Assembly: GCA_964270895.1 (NCBI GenBank)
Contig: OZ185440.1
Reading direction: 5' to 3' (one strand)
Length of the DNA: 64,000 nt
DNA from: Podarcis filfolensis
Taxonomy: Eukaryota
Below the pieces are notes generated by a model, which worked only from the letters and a program-made list of their open reading frames with translations, was not told where the DNA came from and searched no databases. The position numbers were made by a program, and so were the translations under genes. Shown here piece after piece: positions 23,579 through 35,896 of this stretch (the stretch's first letter is position 1; the number at the start of each line of letters is the position of its first letter).

Positions 23579-25862
23579 CTATGTACAATGCCTTGATCTC
23601 TTTGGTGGAAGATAGGGAAATAAATAAATATGCATACCTTTCACAGCTGCAGTGGGTGCTTCTCACTAGCTCACTCCATAGTGCTAAAGAAAGCTGAATT
23701 GATCATGAACGAACACAACACAAAATACCCTTTCTTGTTTTACATTTTGTTTTAAAACTTTGATTAGTGCATAGTTCATTTAAGTGCAGAAATTAGGGTG
23801 GTTTGGTTGTGTCCATCACAGGAGACACGGCTGTGAGTGCCCTCACCATATGCTGTTATAAGGTCATGTATCATGGACAATGTCCTATAAAACAGTCAGT
23901 ACAAAGCTGTAATCTTCTGTGCATGCTCTGTGTTTCAAACTATATGTCCAATCATAATTCCAACAGCTGCTAAGAGGACCTCTGTCTTATATATGCACCT
24001 TCCATTTCACTGCAACATCTGTTAACTTTATTCTCTCCTTTTACACAGGCCGGAAAGCTACATGTCTAGCTGCATTTGTATGGGCAGTGGCCTTATGTGG
24101 TGTCCTCAGGGCATGCATAATATGCTATATGTACAATATATTTTTCCCCACTAAAAGGTCATGGGAATGAACCATAGAGTGCAGCTCCTGTTTTCCAGAG
24201 GAGTCATGCAAGCTTAAAGTGAGGTCTCTCTGGAAACTTCCCACTTCTACCAGCTCATACTGCAGTTAGGTAATTTTAGTCTCTGAACTTTATGTATTTA
24301 GGAGGACTGCTCTCCTTTAAATGGTGATGTGTGTTATATCCCTTACTTAAAAAATAAAATAAAATAAAATGTGGTTAGCTAAGCCCACAGTGTTTTGGGT
24401 CCTCCCCTCCCATCCATTCTGATTCATGGTGTCCTGGACTTCTGCCCCAGAGACCTATTCTGATGATATCACTGCTACCAGCCATGCAACCACCAGGAGC
24501 AAGTATGGCAGTGGAAATGGCTCCTTTACTTTACGGCCTGCATAGTCAAAGATGGCAGTATTCTGCACTATGGTTGTACAGAGGGGAAAAGAAAAAATGG
24601 AGGCCTCCCATTCTGCTCCTCCTGCCTACTCAGTAGGGGTGTTCAAGCATTACCTTCATCAGGTGTACTATATGTGTACCTGTGTACACAAATAGCTGAG
24701 CTGTATGCTCATAGTTATTCTCATGTAACATAATATTCAGTGGGTGTGCAGTCTGTGTATTTAACAGTTGGCTGTACAAGTCATCAAGTGTACACCCTTT
24801 CAGACAAGCAATTGTACACGCATAGATACAGCCTGAAGGGAATTTCAGCAATGCATACATAAAGGCCAGTTTCACAAGTGATGCTTGAACATTTTTGGAT
24901 TTCCCACTATAAACCAAATTTAAAAACCTGCTTTGACCGAGCTCATATATTAAATATGGCATGTTGGCACCATTAATCACAACAGGACATCCCATGCTAA
25001 CAGTACAATCATACATGCTTGCTCAGAAGAAAGTCCTGATAAATTCATTGGAGCTTAGTCCCAAGTAAGTGTTCAAAACCTTAAACTACAAACAGTATTC
25101 ATACTTACCTGTGAATAAAGACCACTGGATTTAGTGGGACATACAGCTTGTTCAATGCACAAAAAGTCATCTTAGCATCATTTGTGAAAGCACCAAAAGT
25201 CATAGCCTTTTATTCCAGATTAATTAGCTTCAAATGACCTACAACTCTATGTTCAATCACTAACACAGATTAGTCTTCTCTATGGAGCCATCTCCCCTCT
25301 AAAGGCCTTTTCGCACTTGCTAAAAACTTAGTTAATTTCTCTGATGTTTGCTGGTCATTTGTACCAGTTGGTTGTATTTCTTAATTTTATTCCTTCCCCG
25401 GTCTGCCGGCTGCTATTTTAGTTTGTATCGTAATTTTAATATTTACTTGTTCTTATTCTTTTTACTGTAAACCGTCTTGCGATTTCAAATGAAAGGCAGT
25501 ATAGAAATATTTTGTGTGAAAAAGAATAAAAGAATAGGTGCACGCTCTGCACCTAAACGTACACAGAAAGCCGACAAACCCTCCAGCTCTTTTGCCACAC
25601 TTCATCCCCCATGTATTGGCTGTGCAGTTGCAAATAAGGGTAGATACAGTGGGTCAAGGCATAAACGAACCAGAATGATCTCGAACCTGGTGCTCTCTAA
25701 GTGCTCACACCTTTCACCGCCACCTCCACTTCCCCCCTGCTGCCAAACCATTCCTCGCCACGCTGCACATACAACATGCACACCCCTCTCCAAATTAAAA
25801 GGACCGAACCTGAGACTTATTCTGAAGTCTCTGGTCTGACCACTAGACGCAGATGATCTCAC

Positions 25863-26440
25863 CTTCAGCAGACAAAACCCCCTGGCAGCGGAGAGGGTGC
25901 CAAGGCAGGCAGGTGGGAAGGATGCAGGCCTTAAGGACAGCACCAGGTAGCAGCATCAAGCCCTCAAGCTGGTGACAAGAAGCCAGGCCAGGCTTTGTCC
26001 TTCCTAGACCTCCCATCAAAGCTTCAGGAAAAGATTGTCCCACTTGTAAGCACCCAAGCAATCCAGCTGGTGGCTAGCCCTGAGCACGCTGCTTTCCACT
26101 CCAGCTTCGGAAATCTGAGCTGTGTGTCCAACTAAACCTGACTCATTTTGTGTGTGTGTGTGAAGCCCCGGACCCCTCCCTTCCCCTCATCTCCCCCCTC
26201 CTCTCCCCTCCCTCTAGGTTCCTCCGGCAGTAGCCAAGCAGCTACTGTTGTGCTTCATACTTGAACTGATTCCGCATCAAGGCTCTTGGCGGTGGTGGAG
26301 GCGGCCGGGTGGGGGGAGGCTGGGAGAGATCAGGTATTTCTCCATTCCTGACTCTGGAGGGCCCTGGTAACAAAGGCTCTATTTAACCAGATCCTGTGAA
26401 GCAGAAACCTCTTGTATCTACTTCACTGCCTTTGATCTAA
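25863..26440 (-). promoter_or_regulatory. Candidate promoter and first exon of the host transcript
   Basis: GC/CpG-raised non-repeat segment with a TATA-like TTAAATAG (26386-26379, minus), TCF/LEF consensus CCTTTGATC (26429-26437), a second CCTTTGTT site (26376-26369), and a strong donor CTGAAG|GTGAGA at 25863/25862. Confidence 0.45.
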
Positions 26441-27570
26441 CTCCCCCAGTGGGATGTGTATTAGTCATGTCCCTCCTGCTAAGCTGTTGCAGCCAAGAAC
26501 CTGGGGTGTAAGCTCCCCTCCACCCCTCCCCAGCTTCCCCTGTTTTGGAAGGCCTCTCCTCCTCTGTGGAGGCATGGCAGAAAGGGCTCACCCATCCCTG
26601 TCTGGTCACAGCTGTTTCCCTGCCCTACAGCCTCTCCCTGCCCCAAACAGGCAGCGCCTTCCCAGCCTCGAGATTTTCAAGGATGAGATACAGACACTTA
26701 TCCCTGCCTTTTATCACTCGCCCAACCATTGAAGTGACAGCATCAATATTCCGCTATGCCTTAGAGCCCTCTTTTATTATGAGCTTTTTCCCCCTTGCTG
26801 TGACTAAGCACCTTGCAAAATCCATTCAGTCCTGGCTTAGCATCCTGAGAACATTGAAGCTGGTGGATGCGTTTCTTTTTTCCAAAAGGGCTTTACTGGC
26901 AGCTGGACAAGGGGCAAACAAAGGAAATATTTGACTGGATGCCTAGATCTTCTGGTACTGAATGTGCTTTTTAAACTCCTGCCTTGCGAAGATCCTCTGC
27001 TGTGGCTCCTTTATCACAAAAAACTTTTTTTGGGGGGGGGTAGAGGCATTGTGGGGAGATATATCTTAAGAGGATGTGGTCTTTGGATTATGGGACCCAA
27101 GAAGCAGAGCTAGCCTCCAACAGCTACCAGAATTTCCCCCCACTGATAACAAATGCCTTAATAGCTTAGATCAGTGTATTGTCAATGACTGAGAAAACAT
27201 TTATGTTTTCCATTGACCAAGTGCAGGCAAGTCCCTCAGAATTTTAAAGTTATTCTGTTCTTCTGGCACCCTCCTACATGGTCTTATTTCCAGTGCAGAA
27301 AAGAAAGACGGAGAGCTAGTATCTTCCCCAACCTCTAGTGCCTTTCAGATGTTGTTGGACTACAACTCCCACCATCCCTGACCATTGGCTATGTTGGCCT
27401 GGGGTTATGGGAGTTGTAGTTCCATCTAAACATCTCGTAGGCATTAGGTTGGGTAAGGCTGGTATAGTGGCTAGAATGTCATCTGGATGACATCTGGATT
27501 GTCCATTGGATGATCTTGGACCAGTCACTGTCTCCCAACCTAATCTACCTAACAGGATTGTTGTAAGGAT

Positions 27571-27930
27571 AGGTAAAAGGTAAAGGACCCCTGACCATTA
27601 AGTCCAGTCACAGAAGACGCTGGGGTTGCGGCGCTCATCTCGCTTTAGAGGCCAAGGGAGCTGGCGTTTGTCCGCAGACAGTTTTTCCAGTTTTTCCAGG
27701 TGATGTGGCCAGCATGACTAAGCTACTTCTGGCGCAACGGAACACCAAAACCAGAGCAGCACATGGAAACGCCGTATACCTTCCCACCGGAGCGGTGCCT
27801 ATTTATCTACTTGCACTTTTTCACGTACTTTCAAACCACTAGGTTGGCAGGAGCTGGGACTGAGCAATGGGAGCTCACCTTCTGATCCGTGAGCCCAAGA
27901 GGCTCAGTGGTTTAGTGCCACCTGTGTCCC
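27571..27930 (-). mobile_element. Sauria SINE with an internal deletion, inserted in an older SINE
   Basis: AGGTAAAAGGTAAAGGACCCC tail and GCCACCTGTGTCCC head end; lacks part of the head region seen in the 13631 copy. Confidence 0.9.
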
Positions 27931-28218
27931 TTTGAAATAAGGGTAGGAAAGAACAATTCCAGGAGGTCCTTGGAGGAAGGATGGTATAAAATGTGCTTTA
28001 AAATAGTAAACAGAAAGTTCAAAGAGAGCATTTATCCTGGCAGCACACCTGTGAGGTAGGTTAGGCTGTGGGACGGAGCATGGCATTTGAACCCTGATCT
28101 CTTTAGTCCTGCCTCACAAGGTTGTTGTGATGACAAAACGAGAAGGGGAATAACACCATGCAGACCACCTTGAATTCCTTGGCAGAAAGGTGGGATATTG
28201 TATTTATTTATGATGTTT

Positions 28219-28700
28219 GTTGTTGTTTAGTCGTTTAGTCGTGTCCGACTCTTCGTGACCCCATGGACTAGAGCACGCCAGGCACTTCTGTCTTCCACTG
28301 CCTCCCGCAGTTTGGTCAGACTCATGTTTGTAGCTTCGAAGACGCTATCCAACCATCTCATCCTCTGTTGTCCCCTTCTCCTTGTGCCCTCCATCTTTCC
28401 CAACATCAGGGTCTTTTCCAGGGAGTCTTCTCTTCTCATGAGGTGGCCAAAGTATTGGAGCCTCAGCTTCAGGATCTGTCCTTCCAGTGAGCACTCAGGG
28501 CTGATTTCCTTCAGAATGGATAGGTTTGATCTTCTTGCAGTCCATGGGACTCTCAAGAGTCTCCTCCAGCACCAGAATTCAAAAGCATCAATTCTTCGGC
28601 GATCAGCCTTCTTTATGGTCCAGCTCTCACTTCCATACATCACTACTGGGAAAACCATAGCTTTTACTATGCGGACCTTTGTTGGCAAGGTGATGTCTCT
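28219..28700 (-). mobile_element. 5'-truncated BovB (RTE) LINE, ORF2 C-terminus still open
   Basis: Translation RDITLPTKVRIVKAMVFPVVMYGSESWTIKKADRRRIDAFEFWCWRRLLRVPWTARRSN...VHGVTKSRTRLND* is the BovB C-terminus. Short (AAC)n tail; perfect 13-bp TSD ATTTATGATGTTT (28206-28218, 28701-28713). Confidence 0.96.
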
Positions 28701-29182
28701 ATTTATGATGTTTATATACCACTTAATCATTCACATTTCTAAGCAGGGTACATAAAAACAGAACATACAGAGAATGCAATAACAGAATAATGCAAACTTA
28801 TCATAAAACTGAACACTACATTAACATGCCTGCTGGAACAAGCAGGTCTTAGTCATGAGTCTGAAGTTCAGCAAGGACAGTCCCTGCGTGAAAGAAGGTC
28901 CACAGGTTTGGGCCCACTGCACCCTAAACGTATTCAGTTTTTCTTGGTGCAGGATTTGGATTGCTTGGGCGCATACTTTTTATTTTTGCACACAGCTTTT
29001 AAGATGTCCTACAGGGGAACTTCAGAACTGGAGGAGAATGTAGTTAAGAATGTGTCTTCCAAACCTCCCTCTCCTACCAGCCACAACACTTAATTCCTCC
29101 ATTAACTCTGTTGACCTAGACGTCTCAGTTCAACATATAATCAGGTGCATCCAAGCCCATTTATTTCAGTGATCTTAGGAGC

Positions 29183-29325
29183 ACAGAATCAAAGAACTGT
29201 AGTATTGGAAGGGACCCCAATAGTCATCTAGTCCAGCTCCCTGCCCACAGCCGTCCCTGGGTGGGCTCAAACTGCCAAACTTCTGGTTAACAGCCAGATC
29301 TACCGACACACTGTGCCAGTTGAAG
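29183..29325 (-). mobile_element. tRNA-Asn(GTT)-derived head fused to a CR1 3' tail (CR1-mobilised SINE-like unit)
   Basis: Minus strand GGCTGTTAACCAGAAGTTTGGCAGTTTGAGCCCACCCAGGGACG (tRNA-Asn anticodon/T arm/acceptor), followed by GGACTAGATGACTATTGGGGTCCCTTCCAATACTACAGTTCTTTGATTCT (CR1 3' end). Confidence 0.75.
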
Positions 29326-29341
29326 TTGCTCAAATGGGAGT

Positions 29342-29412
29342 TGCATTGACCAAGAATTAAGCCTGGGCCTCCTGAATGGCAGTCAAGAATTCTACCACTG
29401 AACCACCAATAC
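29342..29412 (-). pseudogene. Full-length tRNA-Gly(GCC) pseudogene (71 nt)
   Basis: Minus strand GTATTGGTGGTTCAGTGGTAGAATTCTTGACTGCCATTCAGGAGGCCCAGGCTTAATTCTTGGTCAATGCA aligns without gaps to vertebrate tRNA-Gly-GCC at about 58/71. Changes are mostly transitions, and the T-loop/B box is broken. Confidence 0.88.
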
Positions 29413-31214
29413 GCCTTTAACTAATGCTTGTAGCCAATGTGTTCTAAGAAAAGCTTGTGCACTTACATGGATGTAAGCCTCATGTAGAGTGCATTGCACT
29501 GTGAGAGCTGGAAATGCTGCCACCATTTCAGCCTGGCAAAGAAGATTAAGTCCCACAATGGAAAATATACCATTAATGTGCCTAAAGAATCAGGTTAGGC
29601 AAGGAAGGCTGGGAGTCCATAATGTCTTCCCCACAATTTCAGCTATGGAAATAAGAAACCTGTTTGAGGAGAGGGGATTTTGGTAACATTGAGATGTGAA
29701 GTCTAGAAAGACTACTCATTGCTAGGCTAAACTTGCCCCATTTAGAAATTCTCTTATTTCTAGAAAATGCATGGAAAGTACCTAGCTTATGTCATCAGAA
29801 CTAAACTCTGTGAATAGCTGGCACTGATCCACTTTCCATGAAGTTCACAGATCTAAGCTGAGGACAACCTTTCACAATTCTGGTGTCTGCCTGAAAACTT
29901 TTTCATGATTCAGTTGGATAGACTTGCAAGATAAACATGAAATGCAGATGCTGCAGGATCCCAATGCTGCCCCTTACAGCACATTCCTATACATGCCTAC
30001 TCAGAAGGAAGGCACATTAAGTTCAGCTAGGCTTACTCCTAGGTAAGCTGGCATAGGGGTGCAGCCTTAGTCCCTTGGTGGTGGCAGTAAAGAAAATGGA
30101 TGGTGGCAAGAATGATGATACACAGTTCTAAAATGTCACATACTGAAACTTTCTGTACCCGGGTTGTTTATTCCATTACTGACACCATTTCATCTGATTC
30201 ATTAAAAAAGTTACAGTCGTTTCTTTTATTCTCTCTTTTTCTAAAAGCCTCAAACTTTGTCAAGGTGTCTCACAGACACACACACTTTGTATCTAGTTGT
30301 GTAGAATTTGACAGACTTGATCTCATAAGATTATCTCTAAAGGCCTTGCCATGCCTACTGATGTTGACCAATTCTGTAAAAAAGAAAGAAAAAAGGTTAA
30401 AGGTATTTGCTGATTTCCCCATTTCAGTCGATGAGGAAGAGTCCTGAGATCTGGGAGGGGGCAACTGTCTCCTTGTCTTCTGTCCACACCCATGGGTGGG
30501 AGGTCTGGCAGAATGGGTGGCAGAATGGGTGGCAGAGCAGCAGGATATTGGACTTTTCAAGTGTTCAAAGTTAAATGCTTGAAGAGACCTCAGGCGCTCC
30601 CCCCTCCCCAGCATTCAGCTTGAACATTTCAAAAGCTCAAGGCATTTTTTGAGTGAACCAGAGAAAGCTTGCATATCCCCTAGTCAAAACATCCGTATCA
30701 AATCTCAAGTGGGAGCATTAAATAAAACTTGGCTAGTCTGAGGAGGGGAATAGTGCATAGTCCAAAAAAAGAATGGAAGAAAATCTCTCTTTGGAGATGA
30801 TGTTTTTGCAATGCAACTTCAGCTGCAGCATTCTCTGCATATTTATTCCATTGCTTTTTCCCAACATACCGGTACATCTGCAACTGAAAGAAGGAGAAGA
30901 GAAAGGTTCTTATCCGTTTTCCCAGTTACCTTCTCAGTACAGAAGATTATAATTAAGCTAGATGGACCTTTGAGCTGGACTGTGTAAAGTTGTTTTCTTT
31001 TGTCTAAAACAGCATGAAAATTAGCAAAAATAGAAATCCTACTTTTTTAATAGCTTGCTATCCACTATTTTGGCTGTAAGAGGAGGATGCATTACCAAGC
31101 TTTATTCTGAGGATGCAATGAAGACGCCCTTTAGGGGAATTTGGCTATAATTCCTGTCCGCTGAAAAAGAAAAGTAAAATTGCATCACACTGGCAATCTC
31201 ACTTGTATATGCAA

Positions 31215-31388
31215 GGGCATAGCTCAGTGGTAGAGCACATGTTTTTCTTGAAAAAGACCAGCCCATGGCATCTCCAGTTAGGGTTGGAAAGGACTCCTGC
31301 CTGATATCCTGGAGAGCTGCTGCCAGCCAATGTAGATAGTACGAAGCTAGATGGACCAGTCTATCTTGGTATAAGGCAGCTTCCTGTA
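31215..31388 (+). mobile_element. tRNA-head SINE (Squam2-like); its tail TA was targeted by the mariner MITE
   Basis: GGGCATAGCTCAGTGGTAGAGC head and GGTATAAGGCAGCTTCCTG tail abutting the MITE. Confidence 0.75.
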
Positions 31389-31630
31389 CAGTGGTACCTC
31401 GGGTTAAGTACTTAATTCGTTCCGGAGGTTCGTACTTAACCTGAAACTGTTCTTAACCTGAAGCACTACTTTAGCTAATGGGGCCTCCAGCTGCTGCCGC
31501 GCCGCCGCAGCACGATTTCTGTTCTCATCCTGAAGCAAAGTTCTTAACCTGAGGTACTATTTCTGGGTTAGTGGAGTCTGTAACCTGAAGCGTATGTAAC
31601 CTGAAGTGTATGTAACCCAAGGTACCACTG
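31389..31630. mobile_element. Tc1/mariner MITE, copy 3
   Basis: Flanked by TA on both sides; TIR CAGTGGTACC / GGTACCACTG. Confidence 0.92.
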
Positions 31631-32549
31631 TATTTGCAATATCTGGCTGGCCTACCCTTATGAGCTTAAAGTACCTGTGCTTTGAAAACTGCCCGGGTGA
31701 TTTATCAGCCCTTAGGTTTAGGGCATCCACAAGCTTTCACTGCCTCCTTTTGAGGGGCTGGGATATAAAATAGCAAAACTGTGTGTAAAACTGGACATCA
31801 AAAATCTCACAGATTATATATGTGCTCTGAGTCTCTGACATAATAAGGCTTTCGTGAGGCCTTCAATCAGCAAGAACGTCGTGAGCCCCCAGCAGTTTTG
31901 TTCCATGGCAGCTGGGGGTGTGAGTTTCTAGTTTCTAAAATGCAAGTCATAGGAGATGTCCTATTGTGTGCCCCTCATATTGTGAGGCACCAGTTAATTT
32001 AGTCCCCAGCTGCCTCCTCCCTTTGCTCTCTCCACCTCCAGCCTCTCAGGTGCTTTCATTCCACAGGTTACGCCTGGTCTCCAAGGAGCTGAGAGATTGC
32101 AGGGAGTGTGACAGAATGCCCATTCTTCTCCCAGCTCTGTCCCCTCTGAGAGCTCATTGTTTACCATGACTACACACATTCTTGAGCTTCTGATGAGACC
32201 CTTGTTACCATCCAGAGGCAGGTTAAACAGTACATGCCAAGGAAGGAAAAGAACTCCTGGCAACGCAACTGACAGTCGTACTGGGCCCACATCACAAGCC
32301 ACCCACCAGAGCTCTTTCCTCTGGCTGTAGAGCTCCCCGAGCTTCAGAAGAAAAGGATGGGGGGGGAGACATCTATCTAGAAGGGAGGGGAGGAATCTGC
32401 CTGTATTCTCTTCTTACGATAAAAGGCTGAGCTTGAAGTACATAATGAGCTGGGAGCAAAAGGGGATAGGAAAATAGGAACACAAGAACCTGCTCTATAC
32501 TGTGTCAGACTGTTGGGTCCATCTAGCTCAGCATTGTCTACATTGATTG

Positions 32550-32778
32550 AGAGCCAGAGTGGTGTAGTGGTTAGAGTGTTCGACTAGGAGCTGAGAGACC
32601 AGGGTTCAAATCCCCACTCGGCCATGAAACCCATCAGTTGACCTTGGACCACTCAGTGCCTTGCAGCCAAACCTACCTCACAGGGTTGTTGTGGGGATTA
32701 AAGGAGGAGGGAGAGAATCGTGTCTTGAGCTCCTTAGAGAAAAACACCAGGTATAAATGCAATAAATAAATAGATAAA
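32550..32778 (+). mobile_element. tRNA-head MIR/L2-tailed SINE (Squam3-like)
   Basis: AGTGGTGTAGTGGTTAGAGTG...GGGTTCAAATCCCC head, CTACCTCACAGGGTTGTTGTG core, and (AATA)n tail. Confidence 0.75.
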
Positions 32779-35556
32779 ATTGATTGGCAACAGGTCTCCA
32801 GGATTTCAGACAGGGTTCTCTTCCAGCCCTATCCGGAAATGTGCCACTGAGTCATAACCCGTCCCTCCTGGGCTTACTGGTTTTCAGTGCCAGTGTTCAG
32901 ACAGGACACACTGTGGGAAAGGGCAGGCCATATTCATCTCCCTCCACCCTCCGAATCATCATAGGCAACCCTTTCTCATCTAGGATTAAAGAAAAGGGAT
33001 CACAGTTTTCGAATGAGGCTTGAGTCCCAACATCTGGGAAATTAAGCATTAAACAAAGAATATATTTAACCAATTAAACACAGAATATATTTAAGACAAA
33101 GAAATGGAATGGGGGAATGCAGCTACACAGCAAAATGTATTGTCACATGCTTCTTTTTCTTTTATATTTAAATCTCTCGTGGTGCTCACATTTGGGGTCT
33201 AATTAATGCAGCTGCACAAAACATAATCAAGGTGGGTGGGGGAAATCTAAAACCAATGTTCAGAACAATTTTTAAAGCAGGGGAGGTGGTTGAAGAAAAA
33301 TTTCTACAGCACCACATCAAGGAAGCGCAAGTTAACACGTTAGTCTCCAAAAGCTAGGAGACCTGAAACCGAGGAGGCTGTCTTGGACCGAGTCAGTTTT
33401 GATATGTACTTTATAGCATCTAACCAAAGACGAAACCTCAACCGACTAGCAAACTGCAAGATACAATGCAGATTTACAATATTTGTTAAACATCTATTAT
33501 AAAGAAAAGCCATGTCCAACATATTTAGCACACAATTAAGCCATTTCAGTTAAAACCATTAACAGAATTCGTATTTTTAAAAAGGATGCATAGTTTCTTG
33601 GCAGCATATAGGTAATATAAACCTGGTTATTTACAAATAATTGATTGTTATGCTTTAACCCAATACTGTGGGAAAATATTTGATTTTGTTGCTATTATTA
33701 ACATTTTATTGATTAAAAAAAAATTAAGCAGAACTTTCCACTGTGGTGCAGAAATGCTGTAAATAAGAGGAGCTGCAATGTTGCCATGTCCACTCTCCAT
33801 CCCCAACACTCCCCTTAACCGGTTCCCCTTAGCACTTCTCCCCCAGTCCTGCTGCTGCCTCACTACCCAGGGTTAAACCATGGTTTGGCTTAGCATTACA
33901 TCTGAACCCAAACTCATGGTTTGTGTCCTCCCAGACAAATCACAAGTGATAACCCAAGAACAAACACTGATGGCGGCTTGCAGATTGTCTGGAGTGAGAC
34001 AAACCACTGGCCCAGCTTTGAAAGTAACACTAAGCCAAACCAGCTCCAGGAGCAGGGGAGAAGTGCAGCAGCTGTGATCTTCAGCCCAGGAACCTGCTCA
34101 TTTGTGCTAAGCTCTGGCTAAGCAAACCAGATCTATATATATAAAGCTGAACCTGAAATCTTCCAACCAAGAGGAAAACTAGGTGCAGGATATGTTAACC
34201 AGGACAGACCCAGAAGGCAGGCAATAACAAAAAAGGGAAAGGGCAAGAGGAGAAAGAGAAAAATAATTTTATTATTATTATAGGACACTAAATTTCCTCC
34301 TTATGCATTGTGGTACATCTGTATTGTACCGTCATTATCACGTCAGTCTACATAGAAATCAAGAAATACTTGTCATATTGCTGTGGTCACATAAGGGACA
34401 GAATAGCAAATAGTGAATTATATGCCTGATATGATTACATCCCAAAAGGTTTTTGCTCCTACTGTTTACTCCCTTCAAGATATACAGATGGCATTACTTG
34501 AAATCTAAGTTTTGTGAAGGCCCTGGAGAAAGGTCAGCAACTGAAGATAATATGCCCTCGCACGATCTTTCTTAATCTTAGCACATGCCACGTCAACCGT
34601 TGGTCCATCTAGTTCAATATTGTCTACCGTATGGCAGGGTTTCAGGCAGGAATCTTTCCTAGTCATACCTGCTGATACTGGGGACCTTCTGCATGCAAAG
34701 CATGTACTCTGCCACCGAGCGACAGCCCTTCCTCAAGTAATAACTAATCCATCATAAAAATGTAGTACAGACAGAACCTAGACAACAGTGAATCTCCTGT
34801 CTAACTTGACAAAAGATAAAGTGGATCTATCAAACCACTGCGCTCCATTCTGCAGTACAGTAGCATAATAATGTCACATTTCACCATCACAGATCTGAAT
34901 CAACACATTAGGCTGTGAATTATTATTGGAAGAAAACCAGCTGAGATTGTTTATTTTAGGAGGGATGCCCACTTTTTGGCTGACAAAGCTGAATTATTCA
35001 TTGACAAGCAAAGTGGTTTGCAAGGTTCATGTGACAGATTCATAACAGAGTGGTGAGATAAGAAAAGAAAAGCATTCTGTACATTGAAAAGTGGTATAGA
35101 ATAGTGGTATTGTTGACTATCCATATTACTTTCCCATCAAGTCGTTTTAGGGAGGTATATACTTTCTAAAGATGGTTTCCCTTCCTCAAGCAGTGGGAAA
35201 TCCAGGCTAAATAATAAGAATCACTCTGAGGTTGTAAACATTGGAAACGTTTATGTAATTATGAGGTGCAGAAGCTTGCAAATAGGCAGAGGTGCTATTC
35301 CCAGTACATTGTCTATCCCATTTCATAAAATCCAAAACAGCTGTCTCCTACTCAGATCCAAGTATTGCTATACCAGTTTCTAGAAACCACAAAATGGGAG
35401 AGTTTTCTTGTGTGAAGGTTTCCCACAAGAATCTGTTTGGCTCCAGTGAGAAGAGGATGCTGGATAAGATGGACTATTGGTCTGATCCAGCAGGATCATG
35501 TCCTTATATTAAATTCATAATAATATAAGGAGAATCCTGCTGCATCAGACTAAAGG

Positions 35557-35896
35557 CATACCCTCCAATATTTCTCTGATGAAAATAGGGACGTCCCATT
35601 CCATAGAGATTATTTTACTATTTATACCCCACACATCTTACTGGGTTGGCCCAGCTACTCTGAGCAGTTTTCAACATATATAAAAACCTAATAAAACATT
35701 AAACATTAAAAAAAAAACCCTTCTCTATACAGGATTGCCTTCAGACGACTCGGGGGTCGGATAACTCCATACCCTCCAACGTTTCTCCAATGGACGTCCT
35801 AAGGAAAAGTGGGACATTCCAGGATCAAATAAGAAACCTGGACAGCTTCTCTAAATCAGGGACATCCCTGGAAAATAGGGACACTTGGAGGGTCTG
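35557..35896. mobile_element. hAT-type composite MITE nested in an L2/CR1-like 3'-end repeat
   Basis: TIR CATACCCTCCAA / TTGGAGGGTCTG with a degenerate TSD. The flanks rejoin as ...CATCAGACTAAAGG|CCCGCCTAGTCCAGCATCC... Confidence 0.65.

Noticed and set aside
25095-25140. Second AG|GTAAGT recursive-site-like motif
   Set aside because: It lies in a degenerate copy of a common palindromic repeat that carries CTTACCTG natively.
29342-29412. Functional tRNA-Gly gene
   Set aside because: The T-loop/B box is mutated (GGCTTAATTC) and stem pairings are broken; it is reported as a pseudogene.
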